This document shows positions 1 through 10,980 of a stretch of 55,803 bases of DNA, one piece after another; the stretch's first letter is position 1; every line of letters begins with the position of its first letter. The notes beneath the pieces were generated by a model. That model was given only the letters and a program-made list of their open reading frames with translations. It was not told the origin of the DNA and did no database searches. The DNA comes from Octopus bimaculoides. Taxonomy: Eukaryota. The position numbers were made by a program, and so were the translations under genes. The stretch lies in contig NC_068988.1 of assembly GCF_001194135.2 (NCBI RefSeq), forward strand, positions 69,487,600 to 69,543,402. Direction: 5' to 3'.

Positions 1-282
1 ATCTATAACTAAAATTTAAGGAATAGAGTAGATAAAATCTGGGCTATATATGTTTCATAGTGAGTGGAACCTCAGAAATAGTAATTATCTAAGTGAGGTG
101 CATACTGCAGGCTAGTCTTCAAGCGAAGAGTATTTTGATTGAATGAAGTTTACTTTGTCCAATGAACCACTATTGTTCCTGAAAGTTGTTTTTTATATTT
201 TCTACGGATCGCTTGAAGCTCACTCTCTTCCTACACTTCAATCCTTGGCTTTTACCTATATATATGAGAGAGAGAGTGTGGG

Positions 283-478
283 TTTGTGTGTGTGTGTGTT
301 GGTGTCTGTGTTTGTTCCCCAGCCACCACCTGACAACAAGTGTTGTGTTTACATCCCCATAACTTAGTGGTTCAGCAAAAGAATCAATAGAATAAATATT
401 AGGTTTTAAAAAAAAAGTACTGGAAGTGATTCACTCAACTAAAAATTCTTCAATTCTAATGACTGAAGCAAGTAAAAT
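283..478 (+). mobile_element. SINE family B, 3' half only (degenerate)
   Basis: After a (TG)n tract, matches the 3' body of the full copies at 14231 and 41692 (tgtttacatccccataacttagtggttcagcaaaaga...gactgaagcaagtaaaa). Confidence 0.7.
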
Positions 479-512
479 AATTTAATATAATTTAATATAA
501 TTTGCATAATTG

Positions 513-725
513 AAGGCTGTAAGCTGGTAGAATTGTCACCACATCAGACAAATGCTTAGTGGCATTTCATCCATCATTACCTTCTGAGTTCAAATTGCAC
601 CAAGGCTGACTTTGTCTTTCGTCCTTTCAGGGTCAATAAAATAAGTAGCAGTTGCACACTGGGGTTGATGTAATTGACTTACCTGCTTCCACGAAATTGC
701 TGGCCACATGTCAAAATTTGAAACC
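513..725 (+). mobile_element. SINE family C with tail type Y (…ccaaaatttgaaacc)
   Basis: Head aaggctgtaagctggtagaa, B-box-like gagttcaaatt, central gtcctttcagggtcaataaaataagtagcagtt. Same layout as copies at 6465, 23978 and 31750. Confidence 0.75.
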
Positions 726-732
726 AAAATAT

Positions 733-1140
733 TCTTTTATTCTTTTACTTGATTTAGACCATTTGATTACGGCCATGCTGGAGCACCACCTTAAAGGGTT
801 TTAGTTGAAGAAATCGACCCTAGGAGTTATTCTTTGTAAGCCTTGTATTTATTCTATTGGTCACTATTGCCAAACCACTAAGTTATGGGGACATAAACAC
901 ACCAGCAACAGTTGTCAAGCAATGATAGGCTGGACAAACACAGACACAAAGACACACACATACATAAATATATATACATATATTTATACAATGGCCTTCT
1001 TTCAGTTTTCGTCTATCAAATCGACTCAAAAAGCTTTGGTTGGCCCGAGGTCATAGGAGAAGACACTTGCCCAAGATGTCTCACAGTGGGCCTGAACCTG
1101 GAACCACATGGTTGGGAAGCACGCTTCTTACCACACAGAC
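733..1140 (-). mobile_element. SINE family B, near full length, with internal TA/CA microsatellite
   Basis: Reverse complement of the family B consensus seen at 14231-14648; lies tail-to-tail with the SINE C at 513-725. Confidence 0.85.
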
Positions 1141-1229
1141 ATTTTTCTTGCTACAGGTATACTGCTTGGTGTTTATAAGCTGGCTATTCTTATCTAGCAC
1201 TAAAAAGGGTTCTTCAGTTTCTCTGCTAT

Positions 1230-1385
1230 GCAGCCATTCAAATTGCTAGACATAGCAACCAAAAGGAAGGATACATTGGACAACGTAGATATACAAAAAG
1301 ATTAGATTGAATAGTGATGAGTAGAGAACCTTTAATCATAAGTCTGACTGACCAGATCTGACTTGAGACTAAGCAACAACACAAC
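1230..1385 (+). repeat. Old dispersed repeat family F ((CAA)n-tailed), 3' part
   Basis: aaaaggaaggatacattggacaac...gacttgagactaagcaacaac recurs in diverged form near 10600-11030, 12400-12605, 15890-16090, 18240-18345, 19940-20150, 22270-22410 and 25600-25790 (+), and 45190-45390 and 50150-50340 (-). Class not determined. Confidence 0.55.
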
Positions 1386-1389
1386 AGAG

Positions 1390-1483
1390 CAGTGGTTCCC
1401 AACAGAGGTTCCCAACTCTTTTATTTAATTGAGTTTTCCCACAGACCTCTTTTAATATGCTTAACCTTATGTATGTATGTATG

Positions 1484-1539
<56 letters not shown>

Positions 1540-1602
1540 AAATTCTGAATTTAGTTCATGAATCCCCAGTACTACCTTTGGACCCCAAGTTGGGAACCAC
1601 TG
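1390..1602. mobile_element. hAT-like MITE with internal (TATG)n(TA)n
   Basis: TIRs cagtggttcccaac / gttgggaaccactg; 8-bp flanks caacagag / ctatagag (6/8 match). Confidence 0.75.
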
Positions 1603-1890
1603 CTATAGAGATATGTCTAAATTTTTAACTCTTCTGTACAGATATCAACATGTGTGTGTAACAGTCCAACATCACTCTTATCTGTTGATAGAGCACACCT
1701 GTATTTAAAATTAATTCAACCATGATTATTCTATAGAATCATATATCAGTATATGTTGAATTTGTCCTTTCTTTTTCTCCAAAGGACAGGATGTGGTATG
1801 AGATAATATTGGCAGCTGGTTCTACCATGTTCAGTAACCATGCAGAGGTTCTCCCATCAGTTCCTGATTCTACCTATAGTGACTCTACTC

Positions 1891-2829
1891 CAGGGGTTCT
1901 CAACATTTTCATCTATGGGCCCCTTTAGTTACTATTTTATTCTGGTGGACCTCTATAGCCATTTGAGGATTAAAAACTAGTTTTATAGAAACTTCTATCA
2001 AAATTCCTCTTTAGTTTTTCACACATTAACTTGTGTAGGTTGAACTATGTAAAATGTCAGAGAAAGAAGCTATTTCTTGCAATATGTACCAATATTGGCA
2101 CTCCATCGCTTACAACACTGAGGGTTCCAGTTGATCCGATCAATGGAACAGCCTGCTCATGAAATTAACGTGCACGTGGCTGAGCACTCCACAGACATGT
2201 GTACCCTTAATGTAGTTCTCGGGGATATTCAGCGTGACACAGTGTGACAAGACTGACACTTTGAATTACAGGCACAACAGAAACAGGAAGTAAGAGTGAG
2301 AGAAAGTTGTGGTGAAAGAGTACAGCAGGGTTCACCACTTCCCCTGCCGGAGCCTCGTAGAGCCTTTAGGTGTTTTCGCTCAATAAACACTCACAACACC
2401 TGGTCTGGNNNNNNNNNNCTCCACAGACATGTGTACCCTTAATGTAGTTCTCGGGGATATTCAGCGTGACACAGTGTGACAAGACTGACACTTTGAATTA
2501 CAGGCACAACAGAAACAGGAAGTAAGAGTGAGAGAAAGTTGTGGTGAAAGAGTACAGCAGGGTTCACCACTTCCCCTGCCGGAGCCTCGTAGAGCCTTTA
2601 GGTGTTTTCGCTCAATAAACACTCACAACACCTGGTCTGGGAATCGAAACCGCGATCCTATGACCGCGAGTCTGCTGCCCTAACCACTGGGCCATTGCAC
2701 CTCCACTATGTACCAATACATACGTTTAAATACTATTGTGAATCCCCAATTTACTATTTTATTGTGTGAACCCTGCAAAAACTTATGTGGACCCTCAGGC
2801 GGCATATGGCCCCCAGTTGAGTACCCCTG
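1891..2829. mobile_element. hAT-like MITE interrupted by a family A SINE
   Basis: TIRs caggggttctcaac / gttgagtacccctg; 8-bp TSD ctctactc / ctctgctc (7/8). Confidence 0.8.
2095..2706 (-). mobile_element. tRNA-derived SINE family A (about 220 bp duplicated across a 10-N gap)
   Basis: A-box TGGCCCAGTGG and B-box GGTTTCGATTCC on the minus strand; exact 12-bp TSD tatgtaccaata at 2083-2094 and 2707-2718. Confidence 0.9.
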
Positions 2830-3331
2830 CTCTGCTCTTTTGCTGATTCCTCTCATTTAACTCTGGCCGTGCTAGAGCACTGCTTGCATTGATTTTAGTT
2901 AGTCAGTTATATCAATCCCAGTCTATTTAATTTTAGTATATATATCTTTCCAGTTTTTAACTGTGAAGTTATAGGCCACAAAGGGGCCCAACATAAACAC
3001 AGATTGGTTATTAGACTGAGGAAAATATAAACACACACACACACTGATGCAAGCACACAGGCACACACATACAGACACATATATTGAGTTCATCAGTGTT
3101 TCCTTACAAAAATACCATTTGTCCTGGCTATCAAGCATCATCTGAACTAGCTCAATAGTGCTGAATAATTGAAATAAACAGAATTTTTATAAGAAAACAC
3201 TGTTTGTCACTGTTATTGAGTTTTGTTTCTGAATTGTGGATTGCTTGGTTGAGTGATGTAGTTTTGCAAATATTAAAGATGTGAAAGTTAAAATGAGAAA
3301 AACTTAAACAACAAATCAATCAAATTGAATA

Positions 3332-3530
3332 TTTTATCTTTTATCTCTTACTTGTTTCAGTTATTAGACAGTGGCCATTCTGGGGTACCACCTTGAAGCA
3401 TTTTAGTCTTGAGTATCAACCTTTTACTTATTCTATTGGTCTCTTATGCCAAACCACTAAGTCATGGAGACATAAACACACCAACACTGGTGGGGGGGTA
3501 AAAAACACAGATGCAAAGCCACATATATAT
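3332..3530 (-). mobile_element. SINE family B, 3' half
   Basis: ttttatctcttacttgtttcag...ccactaagtcatggagacataaacacacc is the reverse complement of the family B 3' body. Confidence 0.7.
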
Positions 3531-3685
3531 ATATGTGTGCCTGTGTGTGTGAGTAAATGCTGTGTGGCTGTGTGTGTAAGTAAAAGCATACACTTCTCAT
3601 TTCATCTTGTTAAACTATTAATCCCTAAGGTATTTTGAATAATGAACTTATCTTTATTTATATATATATAGACACATGTACATAC

Positions 3686-3725
<40 letters not shown>

Positions 3726-3839
3726 AATACTTCATTTCATTTTACTATTTATATTATATATTCCATATTCTATATCCCACATTAATTTTATAAGAATATA
3801 AATAAAACATAAAAAACAGACAGAGTTGGAACTCTTTTA

Positions 3840-3883
<44 letters not shown>

Positions 3884-3886
<3 letters not shown>

Positions 3887-4210
3887 TACGACAGGCTTCT
3901 TTCAGTTTCCATCTACCAAATCCACTCACAAGGCTTTGGTCAGCCTGGGGCTGTAGTAGAAGACACTTGCCCAAGGTGCTATGCAGTGGGAATGAACCTG
4001 GAACCATGTGGTTGATAAGCAAGCTACTTACCACACAGCCACTCCTGTGCCTAATGGGCTTCTTTCAGTTTCTGTTTACCAAATCCATTCACAAGGCTTT
4101 GGTCAGTTAGAGGCTATAGCAGAAACTTGCCAAAAGTGTCATGCAGTGAGACTGAATGTAGAGCCATGTAGTGGTGAAGCAAACTTCTAACCACATAGCC
4201 AAGCCCACAA
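3884..4210 (-). mobile_element. Two tandem SINE family B 5' halves (3884-4053 and 4054-4210)
   Basis: Each contains ggcttctttcagttt...accaaatcca(c/t)tcacaaggctttggtcag...acttgcc followed by a tRNA-like head; the second is more decayed. Confidence 0.8.
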
Positions 4211-4230
4211 AAATTATATAATGTACTTCA

Positions 4231-4430
4231 TTCCATTTCATTTCTTTTTCTAGTAGTAAAAAAAAAATAGAACAGATTCTTAGCATGATATTTCTCTCCC
4301 TTGCAGAAAAAAAAAAGTGAAAAAATAGTCTCTCTCTTTCTATCTCTTTTATCATGCAAGAATCCCCAAACACCATTATAACATTATCACAGCAATGATT
4401 TTACCATTTATTGCATATATCTGTTTCAAA
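4231..4430 (+). repeat. ~200-bp dispersed direct repeat, copy 1 (copy 2 at 7047-7253)
   Basis: Shared blocks tttctagtagtaaaaaa, agattc(t/c)tagcatga, attataacattat and cagcaatgattttaccatttattgcatat. Confidence 0.8.
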
Positions 4431-4517
4431 GTCATATTTTAAGGATAGATATGCTTTGAACTTAATCATTATTTCGATCTATGATAGTACATTGTGCAAT
4501 GTGATAAACCTATCATA

Positions 4518-4691
4518 CAGGGTGAGTCAAAAGTCATGTACCAAAGCATTTGTTGTTTTATGTTATTATTATCCATTTCATCTATCATGTACAAATACAT
4601 TTGTATTCATCATTATTTTATATTTTATTCAATTTTAGAAAATTCCAGAGGACATCAAACTTATTTTCTGCTTGACTTTTGGCTCGTCCTG
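4518..4691. mobile_element. Tc1/mariner-type MITE (174 bp)
   Basis: TA|cagggtgagtcaaaagtca ... tgacttttggctcgtcctg|TA; TIR resembles the ends of the element at 50942-51486. Confidence 0.75.
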
Positions 4692-4779
4692 TATTTTATT
4701 AGCCACAAAAGCCTTAAATTGCAGGATGCTTTCATGAGCAGGTGCATCACATGAAAAGTATATGCATTTACTCACACAC

Positions 4780-4784
4780 ACATG

Positions 4785-4822
<38 letters not shown>

Positions 4823-4850
4823 TGCACACATANNNNNNNNNNACACAGAT

Positions 4851-4891
<41 letters not shown>

Positions 4892-4900
4892 TGCACACAT
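4780..4900. repeat. (CA)n compound microsatellite spanning a 10-N gap
   Basis: Directly visible; gap at 4833-4842. Confidence 0.95.
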
Positions 4901-5007
4901 ACATATATACAGATATCACACACATAACCATGATCAATATTACTATTCTGCTCCTCTTAGTATTGAGTACTGTGTAGCTGTTGTTTGCATGTATTGTTAT
5001 TATTAAT

Positions 5008-5140
5008 CATATTCTGGGGTGAGCTTTGCCCTTCAATCTTTCAAGGTTGATTAAACAAGTACCAGTTCAACAATGGGGTCAGTATAGATGCCTATATTCC
5101 TCCCCTGAAATTTCAAACCTTGTGCCTAATAAAAGAAAGG
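5008..5140 (+). mobile_element. SINE family C, 5'-truncated, tail type X (…gtgcctaataaaagaaaggattattatt)
   Basis: Central ttcaaggttgattaaacaagtaccagtt and the X tail running into (ATT)n. Confidence 0.65.
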
Positions 5141-5165
5141 ATTATTATTATCATTATCATAATTA

Positions 5166-5602
5166 TTTCTCTTTATCACAGGTTTTGTTGGAGCTCCTGG
5201 AGTCTTGCATGCATAACAGGCTTACCTGCAGCCTACGGTGCCATGCCATCCATTCTTTTCAGATATCTAATACTTTCCTGATTATTCTGGCAGTGCTAAG
5301 GAGGAAAACCTTTTGTAACAGTTCTACTGGGCACTCTATTCCAATTTCCTTTATATTCCTCTTAATGCCTTCTGATTCTGTTCCCAAGGACCCAACAATA
5401 ATTGGCACTTTCTTCACCTTCTTCATTTTCCTTAGCCGGGCTATTTCGTACTTAAGAGGGTTGTATCTGTCTATCTTTTCGTCTTCCTTCTTAACAATTA
5501 GTGGGTCAAAGGGACATGCAACATCAACTGTATAACATATGTAATGCACTTTGTCCACCACTACTAGGCTCAGTCTGTAACGCTCTAGCGACCTGATTTG
5601 TT
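5166..5602 (-). mobile_element. R4/Dong-like non-LTR retrotransposon 3' fragment (restriction-like endonuclease domain plus 3' UTR)
   Basis: Translation VVVDK..ICYTVDVACPFDPLIVKKEDEKIDRYNPLKYEIARLRKMKKV..VPIIVGSLG..LLQKVFLLSTARIIRKVL fits the PD..D..KE.EK..KY..L..EI RLE motif; ends in (TAA)n. Confidence 0.85.
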
Positions 5603-5629
5603 TGTAGTAGTAGTAGTAATAGTAGTAGA

Positions 5630-5820
5630 GATGGTCAAAATGCTTAGTGACATTTTGTCCATCTTTATGTTCTGAGTTTAAGTTCAAATTCTGCCGAGAT
5701 CGACTTTACTTTCCATCCTTTCAGGATCAATAAAATAAGTACCAGTTGTGTACCGGGGTCGATGTAATCTACTATCCTCTGCTGCCAAATTTCAGGTCTT
5801 ATGCGTATAGTAGAAAGGAT
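5630..5820 (+). mobile_element. SINE family C, 5'-truncated, tail type X
   Basis: aaaatgcttagtgacatt...gttcaaattctgccgagatcgact...ccatcctttcaggatcaataaaataagtacc...tagtagaaaggattatt. Confidence 0.8.
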
Positions 5821-5879
5821 TATTATAATTATCATTATTATTATTATTATCTTTTTCTAGATGCCATCAAAATGACACT

Positions 5880-6399
5880 ATGGTAAAATATACAAAGCCC
5901 ACTATACCCATCATGACTACCCGTCTGATAAGGGTACACCAGGCACATGCATCACAACCATATGTGCGCAACATGATGATCTCATATCAAAATAAACAGC
6001 GCATGACCTCGCAGGTGGGGCCCAGTTAGAATTTTCTTCAGGTCGAGTAGCCCATTCCGCTCAAAAGGTCCCTGAATAAGGTTTGTTTAAGGATGTTGAG
6101 CAAAACACCCATGTTTCCAAAGGTGAATTATTCAAACCCCAGAGATTTCCTCTCAACCATTGGCTATGATGCTCCTCCACTACTTCTGCTCATGATCAGA
6201 GATGCACATATCGTCAGCCACCAAGGGACATGCTCAACTGGTTAAGGTCAAACAACTGACAAGCAAATCTGTGGTATTAAGCAGAATATTTGCTGTAGCC
6301 CATCTTTTTATACCAAGACAAAACAATGTACATGATAACACTTCCAATCAATTAAGATCAGAAGCCATGAGAGCCACTGCCTGGTACTGCATCCGGGCA
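5880..6399. repeat. ~520-bp higher-GC block between two (ATT)n tracts; probable interspersed repeat, class unknown
   Basis: Sharp compositional boundaries at TAA tracts and no recognisable protein motif. Repeat status is inferred only; there is no second copy in the window. Confidence 0.35.
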
Positions 6400-6464
6400 G
6401 TTATTATTATTATTATTATTATTAATACTATTATTATTATTATTATTATCATTATTATTATTCT

Positions 6465-6678
6465 AAAGTGGTGAGCTGACAGAATCATTAGCACGCTTGT
6501 CGAAATGCTTAGCAGTATTTTGCCTGCCACTAAGTTCTGGGTTCACATTCCCCCAAACTTGACTTTCCCTTTTATCCTTTCAGGGATGATAAAATAAGCA
6601 CCAGTCAAGCACTGGGGTCAATTTATTCAACTAGCCCCTTCCGCCAAAATTTCAGGCCATGTTCCTATAGTAGAAAGG
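6465..6678 (+). mobile_element. SINE family C, full length, tail type X
   Basis: aaagtggtgagctgacagaatcattagcacg...cctttcagggatgataaaataagcacc...gtagaaaggattatt; flanked by (ATT)n on both sides. Confidence 0.85.
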
Positions 6679-6697
6679 ATTATTATCATTATATTTT

Positions 6698-6985
6698 TAT
6701 TTGACTCAGGTTTGTTCTTAGTCTTGGAAGAATTTATGTGGGTAGGGGGTTACTAGATGTAACCTTAGATACCCACAAGCTTTCATTAATCTTTCAAGTA
6801 CTTGAAACTCTTCTGATAATTTTTCCTGTCCCTAAGAAGCAAACTTTCTGAAGAAGCGCTACAAGACATTCTATTCTAATCTCCTTCAACCATTTGTCTG
6901 TATTATTGTTCACAGTTCCTAATGCACCAAGTATTGCAGGCACAACCTTTACAGTTTTCATACTCCAAATTCTCACAATTTCAAA
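6698..6985 (-). mobile_element. R4/Dong-like LINE 3' fragment (RLE C-terminus)
   Basis: MRIWSMKTVKVVPAILGALGTV..DKWLKEIRIECLVALLQKVCFLGTGKIIRRV*; 3' UTR similar to the copy at 9434-9648. Confidence 0.8.
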
Positions 6986-7046
6986 TTTTAAGGGTTTGTA
7001 TTTTTTTAAGTTTTCATTTTCTCTCTTTATATTTTTGTTTAAATTC

Positions 7047-7253
7047 TTCCATTTATTTTTCTAGTAGTAAAAAAATACATCAGATTCCTAGCATGACATT
7101 TCTCTCTCTTGCAAAACATAAATAAATAAATAAATAAATGTGAAAAGCAATCACTCTCTTTCTCTCTCTTTTACCATGTAAGAACTGCCAAACTCTATTA
7201 TAACATTATAACAGCAATGATTTTTACCATTTATTGCATATCTGCATTTCAAA
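7047..7253 (+). repeat. ~200-bp dispersed direct repeat, copy 2
   Basis: See 4231-4430. Confidence 0.8.
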
Positions 7254-7264
7254 CTGATTCTGCT

Positions 7265-8400
7265 ATGGTGTAGGGGTTGGTTGCAGTGTTGATTACCAAC
7301 CAGAAGAGGATTCTCATGAAAGGGCCCACAAAATATTAATCAAGCATCACCCAAGAATCCTGGAGGAGCTAGCTGCTGAGTTTGGCCTGAAGCTGCAAGT
7401 AATTTTTGTGCCTTTGGAAAAAAAATAAGGTGGATGCTCTAACCAGGTTACCAAAAAGCACTAGTTGGATATGACAGAGGATGTTCTGAGTGGAGTGACT
7501 GCAGCATGTTGACTGGAGGGATGAGAACTGAGGAGGCTTCACAACATGCACCACATGAGAACCAACAGGACTTTGTTTTTGGCCAGGACAGTTGACCCTG
7601 GTGTCACCAGGGAGAGCGTTTGGAAGGTGGTTGGGAATTGTGATAGGTGTCAATCCATCAACCCTGTGCCAAAACGGGAGAGATTCAAGTGAAAGAATGC
7701 TGAAAGAGGCTAGCAATAGATGTAACATGCTACTGGAGGGGTGAATAGTAATATGGAGAGAAATTAGGACAGAGACTGCAACCAAAATTGCAGAGGTTCT
7801 GAATGTAGTATTCTTGGAAAGTGGACCAGAAGATGAGCTGTTGACGGTCAACAGCACAGCTTTTTGTTCAGAGTAGAAGAAATAGATGCTCAAAAGGTGG
7901 AACATCAGACACTAATTCAGAGCTGCAAACTGGCTCAGTGGAAATAGGACTGTGGATTAACACCATCACACAATCAAAGCCATGGCTGAGAGGGAGAAAA
8001 TCTCCACCATTGAGGGAGTCTTTTGGTACAATATGTTGCATAGGATAGAGGAAACTGAAGAGTCGATCCCACAAAGTGTTATATTCTGGTATGAATGGAG
8101 ACACCCAAGCATGGCTCCAGAGCAGCCAGAAGTAGAAGGAGTTGTGTCTCTACGAAGCAAAGTGTGGGTCAAGCCCCCTAATGAACAGTGCACAAGGTAA
8201 AGGGAAAAAGGAAGGATGACCAGAATCAGTATTGTGAATAATATACCAGTGGACAGAATGTCATGTCCTATTTTGGACTTTTGGAGGGTGGTTAGTTCCT
8301 CTGATGATGAAGAAGAGGGAGAGTTTGATACCATGACCCCATGATGATCACAAAAGGAACATTGCCCACCTAGGTGGATGGATGACTTTGAAATAGAATA
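7265..8400 (+). mobile_element. Gypsy-like LTR retrotransposon pol remnant (RNase H end, integrase); multiple stops and frameshifts
   Basis: Zinc finger LHNMHH..NCDRCQSINPVP (from about 7525), RLAIDVT, ELLTVNSTAF, HHTIKAMAER, VWVKPPNEQCT, and terminal PPRWMDDFE. The domain order RNaseH then integrase is Gypsy-type. Confidence 0.85.
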
Positions 8401-8409
8401 GAGGGGCAA

Positions 8410-8740
8410 TGTTCTTTATATCAGGTGGGGTAGAGGAATGAAAGGAGGTGCCAGAAGTAAGGAGGGAAAAGTAACAACAGGACTGAAAGTGAGGGGAAGT
8501 GACACCATGTGAAGAAGCTGAGTGTTTGAACGGCTTCTTTCTTCACCAGGGCATCAAGTGTGACAGACGTGTGGAAGAGATCATTTTAGAGAGAGTAGTT
8601 CTTTCTGGCCAGAGGTTTTGGTAGAGTGCACATGTGGGTATGTTTATTAAGTTCCACTAGTTCCCATGACTCGAAGTCTGGATAAACTGTTGCTGATCTA
8701 TCTTGAGGTAAGAGAGAGACCTTATTTTTTTGCCTTACTT
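8410..8740 (+). mobile_element. Probable 3' LTR of the Gypsy remnant
   Basis: Purine tract agaatagagggg immediately followed by caa|TGT; the right end cannot be defined because no 5' LTR is present. Confidence 0.4.
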
Positions 8741-9433
8741 TTACATGCTAAACAAAATGGTTAGTGATATTTCTTCCAGTTTTACATTCTCAGTTCAAAT
8801 TCCAGTCTTTTACCAGCCTTTACCTCTATCAAATCCATTTTAATTGCTTGTTCTTACATGACTATAATTAGCAATTAGATTTTTTGTTTCAGATTTCCAT
8901 CCATCAGCCATAACTAGTGTTCTTTGCTTCCATCAATCTCAGTTTGTTGCATGAGTTGCTCATGAGTGCCATCTTAAGGTATGGGTACACTGGGTAGTTT
9001 TCAAGAGGCCTCATGAGTCTAGGGGCCCCTGTCCTGATCTACGTATGTTGTGGAAAGTGAGGGTGGAGAGGGAAATCCTTTCTTTCACCAAACTGCTGAA
9101 AGTGGTTAGAATGAATGTAACTACTCTAAGCATGCATCTATAGATTAGAGAACAGTAGTTAGGTGAGGGACCATGCTTTGGTAGCTTGAGTGACCTTCAG
9201 TTTGTGGGATTCCTTAACTGACTCTAATCGTAGGCTCTCCTGCAAAAGAAGGACTGTGTCATCCATGTATTTAAATATTTTGTATAAAATGCATACTTTT
9301 TTTATTTCATTTCTTCCCCTTCTTTGTCCCTTTCTCTCATCATTTTTATGTACACCTCTACACAAATTGTAAGCTGTCCCTGTAATGCCCCCTCATTACA
9401 AGCCCCTGAAGCAAGCAAAAGTTATTATTATTA

Positions 9434-9648
9434 CAACTATTTTGGGTTTGGCTCAAGTCTGATCTTATTTCTGGTAGGATTTATGTGGGTAGCAGGTTAA
9501 TAACTGTAACCTTAGGGATCCACAAGTTTTCAGCAGTCTTTTAAGTGCTTAGAACCCTCCTGATAATCCTTGCTGTCTCTAAGAGACAAACTTTCTGTAG
9601 GAGCTCTACCAGGCATTCTATTTCAACCTCCTTCAGCCATTTGTCTAT
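9434..9648 (-). mobile_element. R4/Dong-like LINE 3' fragment
   Basis: IDKWLKEVEIECLVELLQKVCLLETARIIRRVLST*; bounded by (ATT)n on both sides. Confidence 0.8.
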
Positions 9649-9663
9649 ATTATTATTATTATC

Positions 9664-9852
9664 ATTGCCTTTGCACAGCTTCTAATGCTGGAGATGTACT
9701 ACAGTGTCAGCTGTTCACTACCAGTGAAGTAAGGTAACAACCATTATTTTTCGAGCACCTTTCGGAGTATTCAAACGGTTCCAAGCAGTGCTCTGTTTTC
9801 TGCAAGTGCTCCACCCTTATTGCAGCCCATATTTGTTCCCTAATACTTCTCG
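9664..9852 (-). mobile_element. Second-subfamily R4/Dong-like LINE 3' end
   Basis: Minus strand gives ALLGTV*ILRKVLE, matching the LLGTARILRKVL terminus, then a distinct 3' UTR; flanked by (ATT)n on both sides. Confidence 0.65.
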
Positions 9853-9954
9853 TATTATTATTATTATTATTATTATTATTCATCTCAATATTTGTGTGGT
9901 GTATGTATTTGCATAAGAGTATTTGTATACAAATACATAGATTTCACGCACGCT

Positions 9955-9978
9955 CGCACACACACACACACACACACA

Positions 9979-10050
<72 letters not shown>
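9955..10050. repeat. Compound (CA)n(CT)n(CA)n microsatellite
   Basis: Directly visible. Confidence 0.95.
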
Positions 10051-10054
<4 letters not shown>

Positions 10055-10759
10055 CACATACATACACACTGCAATGATATTTTTCAAGCTGGTAAGAATT
10101 CAATAATTTATCCATTGACTTAGCTATTTGTTGTAAATATTTTCTCTTTGATGCTGTTCCAATTTATCGACCACTGCATTCATCTATTTTCACATATACA
10201 TAAACCAGAGTAGTGTATCTTGCCTAAGGACAATATCAAACAAAAACAAAATACCTTTCATAATGTTTATTTTATATATTAGAAAAAAAAAAGATCTCAA
10301 ACAAAAATACATAAGCCAACAATCAAATCATGAAATTCCTCATAAACAACCAGAAATCTAGTTTGTATTATTAAACCATTTGAATGAATATATATAACTT
10401 GCTCATCTTTACATATCTGATAACGTTTTGTCTTTTATTTTATTTGATATCAATATTCCAAGTTGTTATATGTAATATATTTGATTAGGAATTCATTGTC
10501 TTGCCTAGTTGTGTGACTTCTCTAAAAATAATTACAGAAATGGTAGGAATATCTTTTTTTTTGCATAGATTGAGAGATTGATATGACTCGAGCCACTGAC
10601 AAAGTTACAACATGATCACTCTTTCTGTAAGAAATAGCAGTTACATCACCTTTCAGTCATATTCAAACATCTTATATAAAGAAGAGTATATTAGACAATG
10701 TTGTTTGATGTAAATAAACATAAAGAAAAGTGGAGTGGTTATAGTTAGAATACCCTTAA

Positions 10760-10980
10760 CCCTTTAGCATTTAAGCCAACTATATCAGACCCTAATAGTT
10801 TACTTGTTATATGTTAAAAAATGGCTAGGTCCAGCCTCTCACACCTACCCTACAAAGTCATTCTAAAAACAAACAATCACATCATTGAAATCTCAAAGCT
10901 ATGAGGTATTACATGATAAATTAAAAGCAATGTGAATATATAAGCATTAGTTTTGACAGAGTAATCTGAAGGCTAAAGGG
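10760..10980. mobile_element. piggyBac-like MITE (221 bp) inserted in a family F copy
   Basis: TTAA|ccctttagc ... gctaaaggg|TTAA: perfect 9-bp TIR with TTAA TSD. Confidence 0.85.

Noticed and set aside
1785-1890. Frame reading WYEIILAAGSTMF after a pyrimidine-rich AG, faintly like the actin/Arp LSGGSTMF motif
   Set aside because: Only a few residues match, flanking actin-fold residues are absent, and no partner exons are visible; likely chance.
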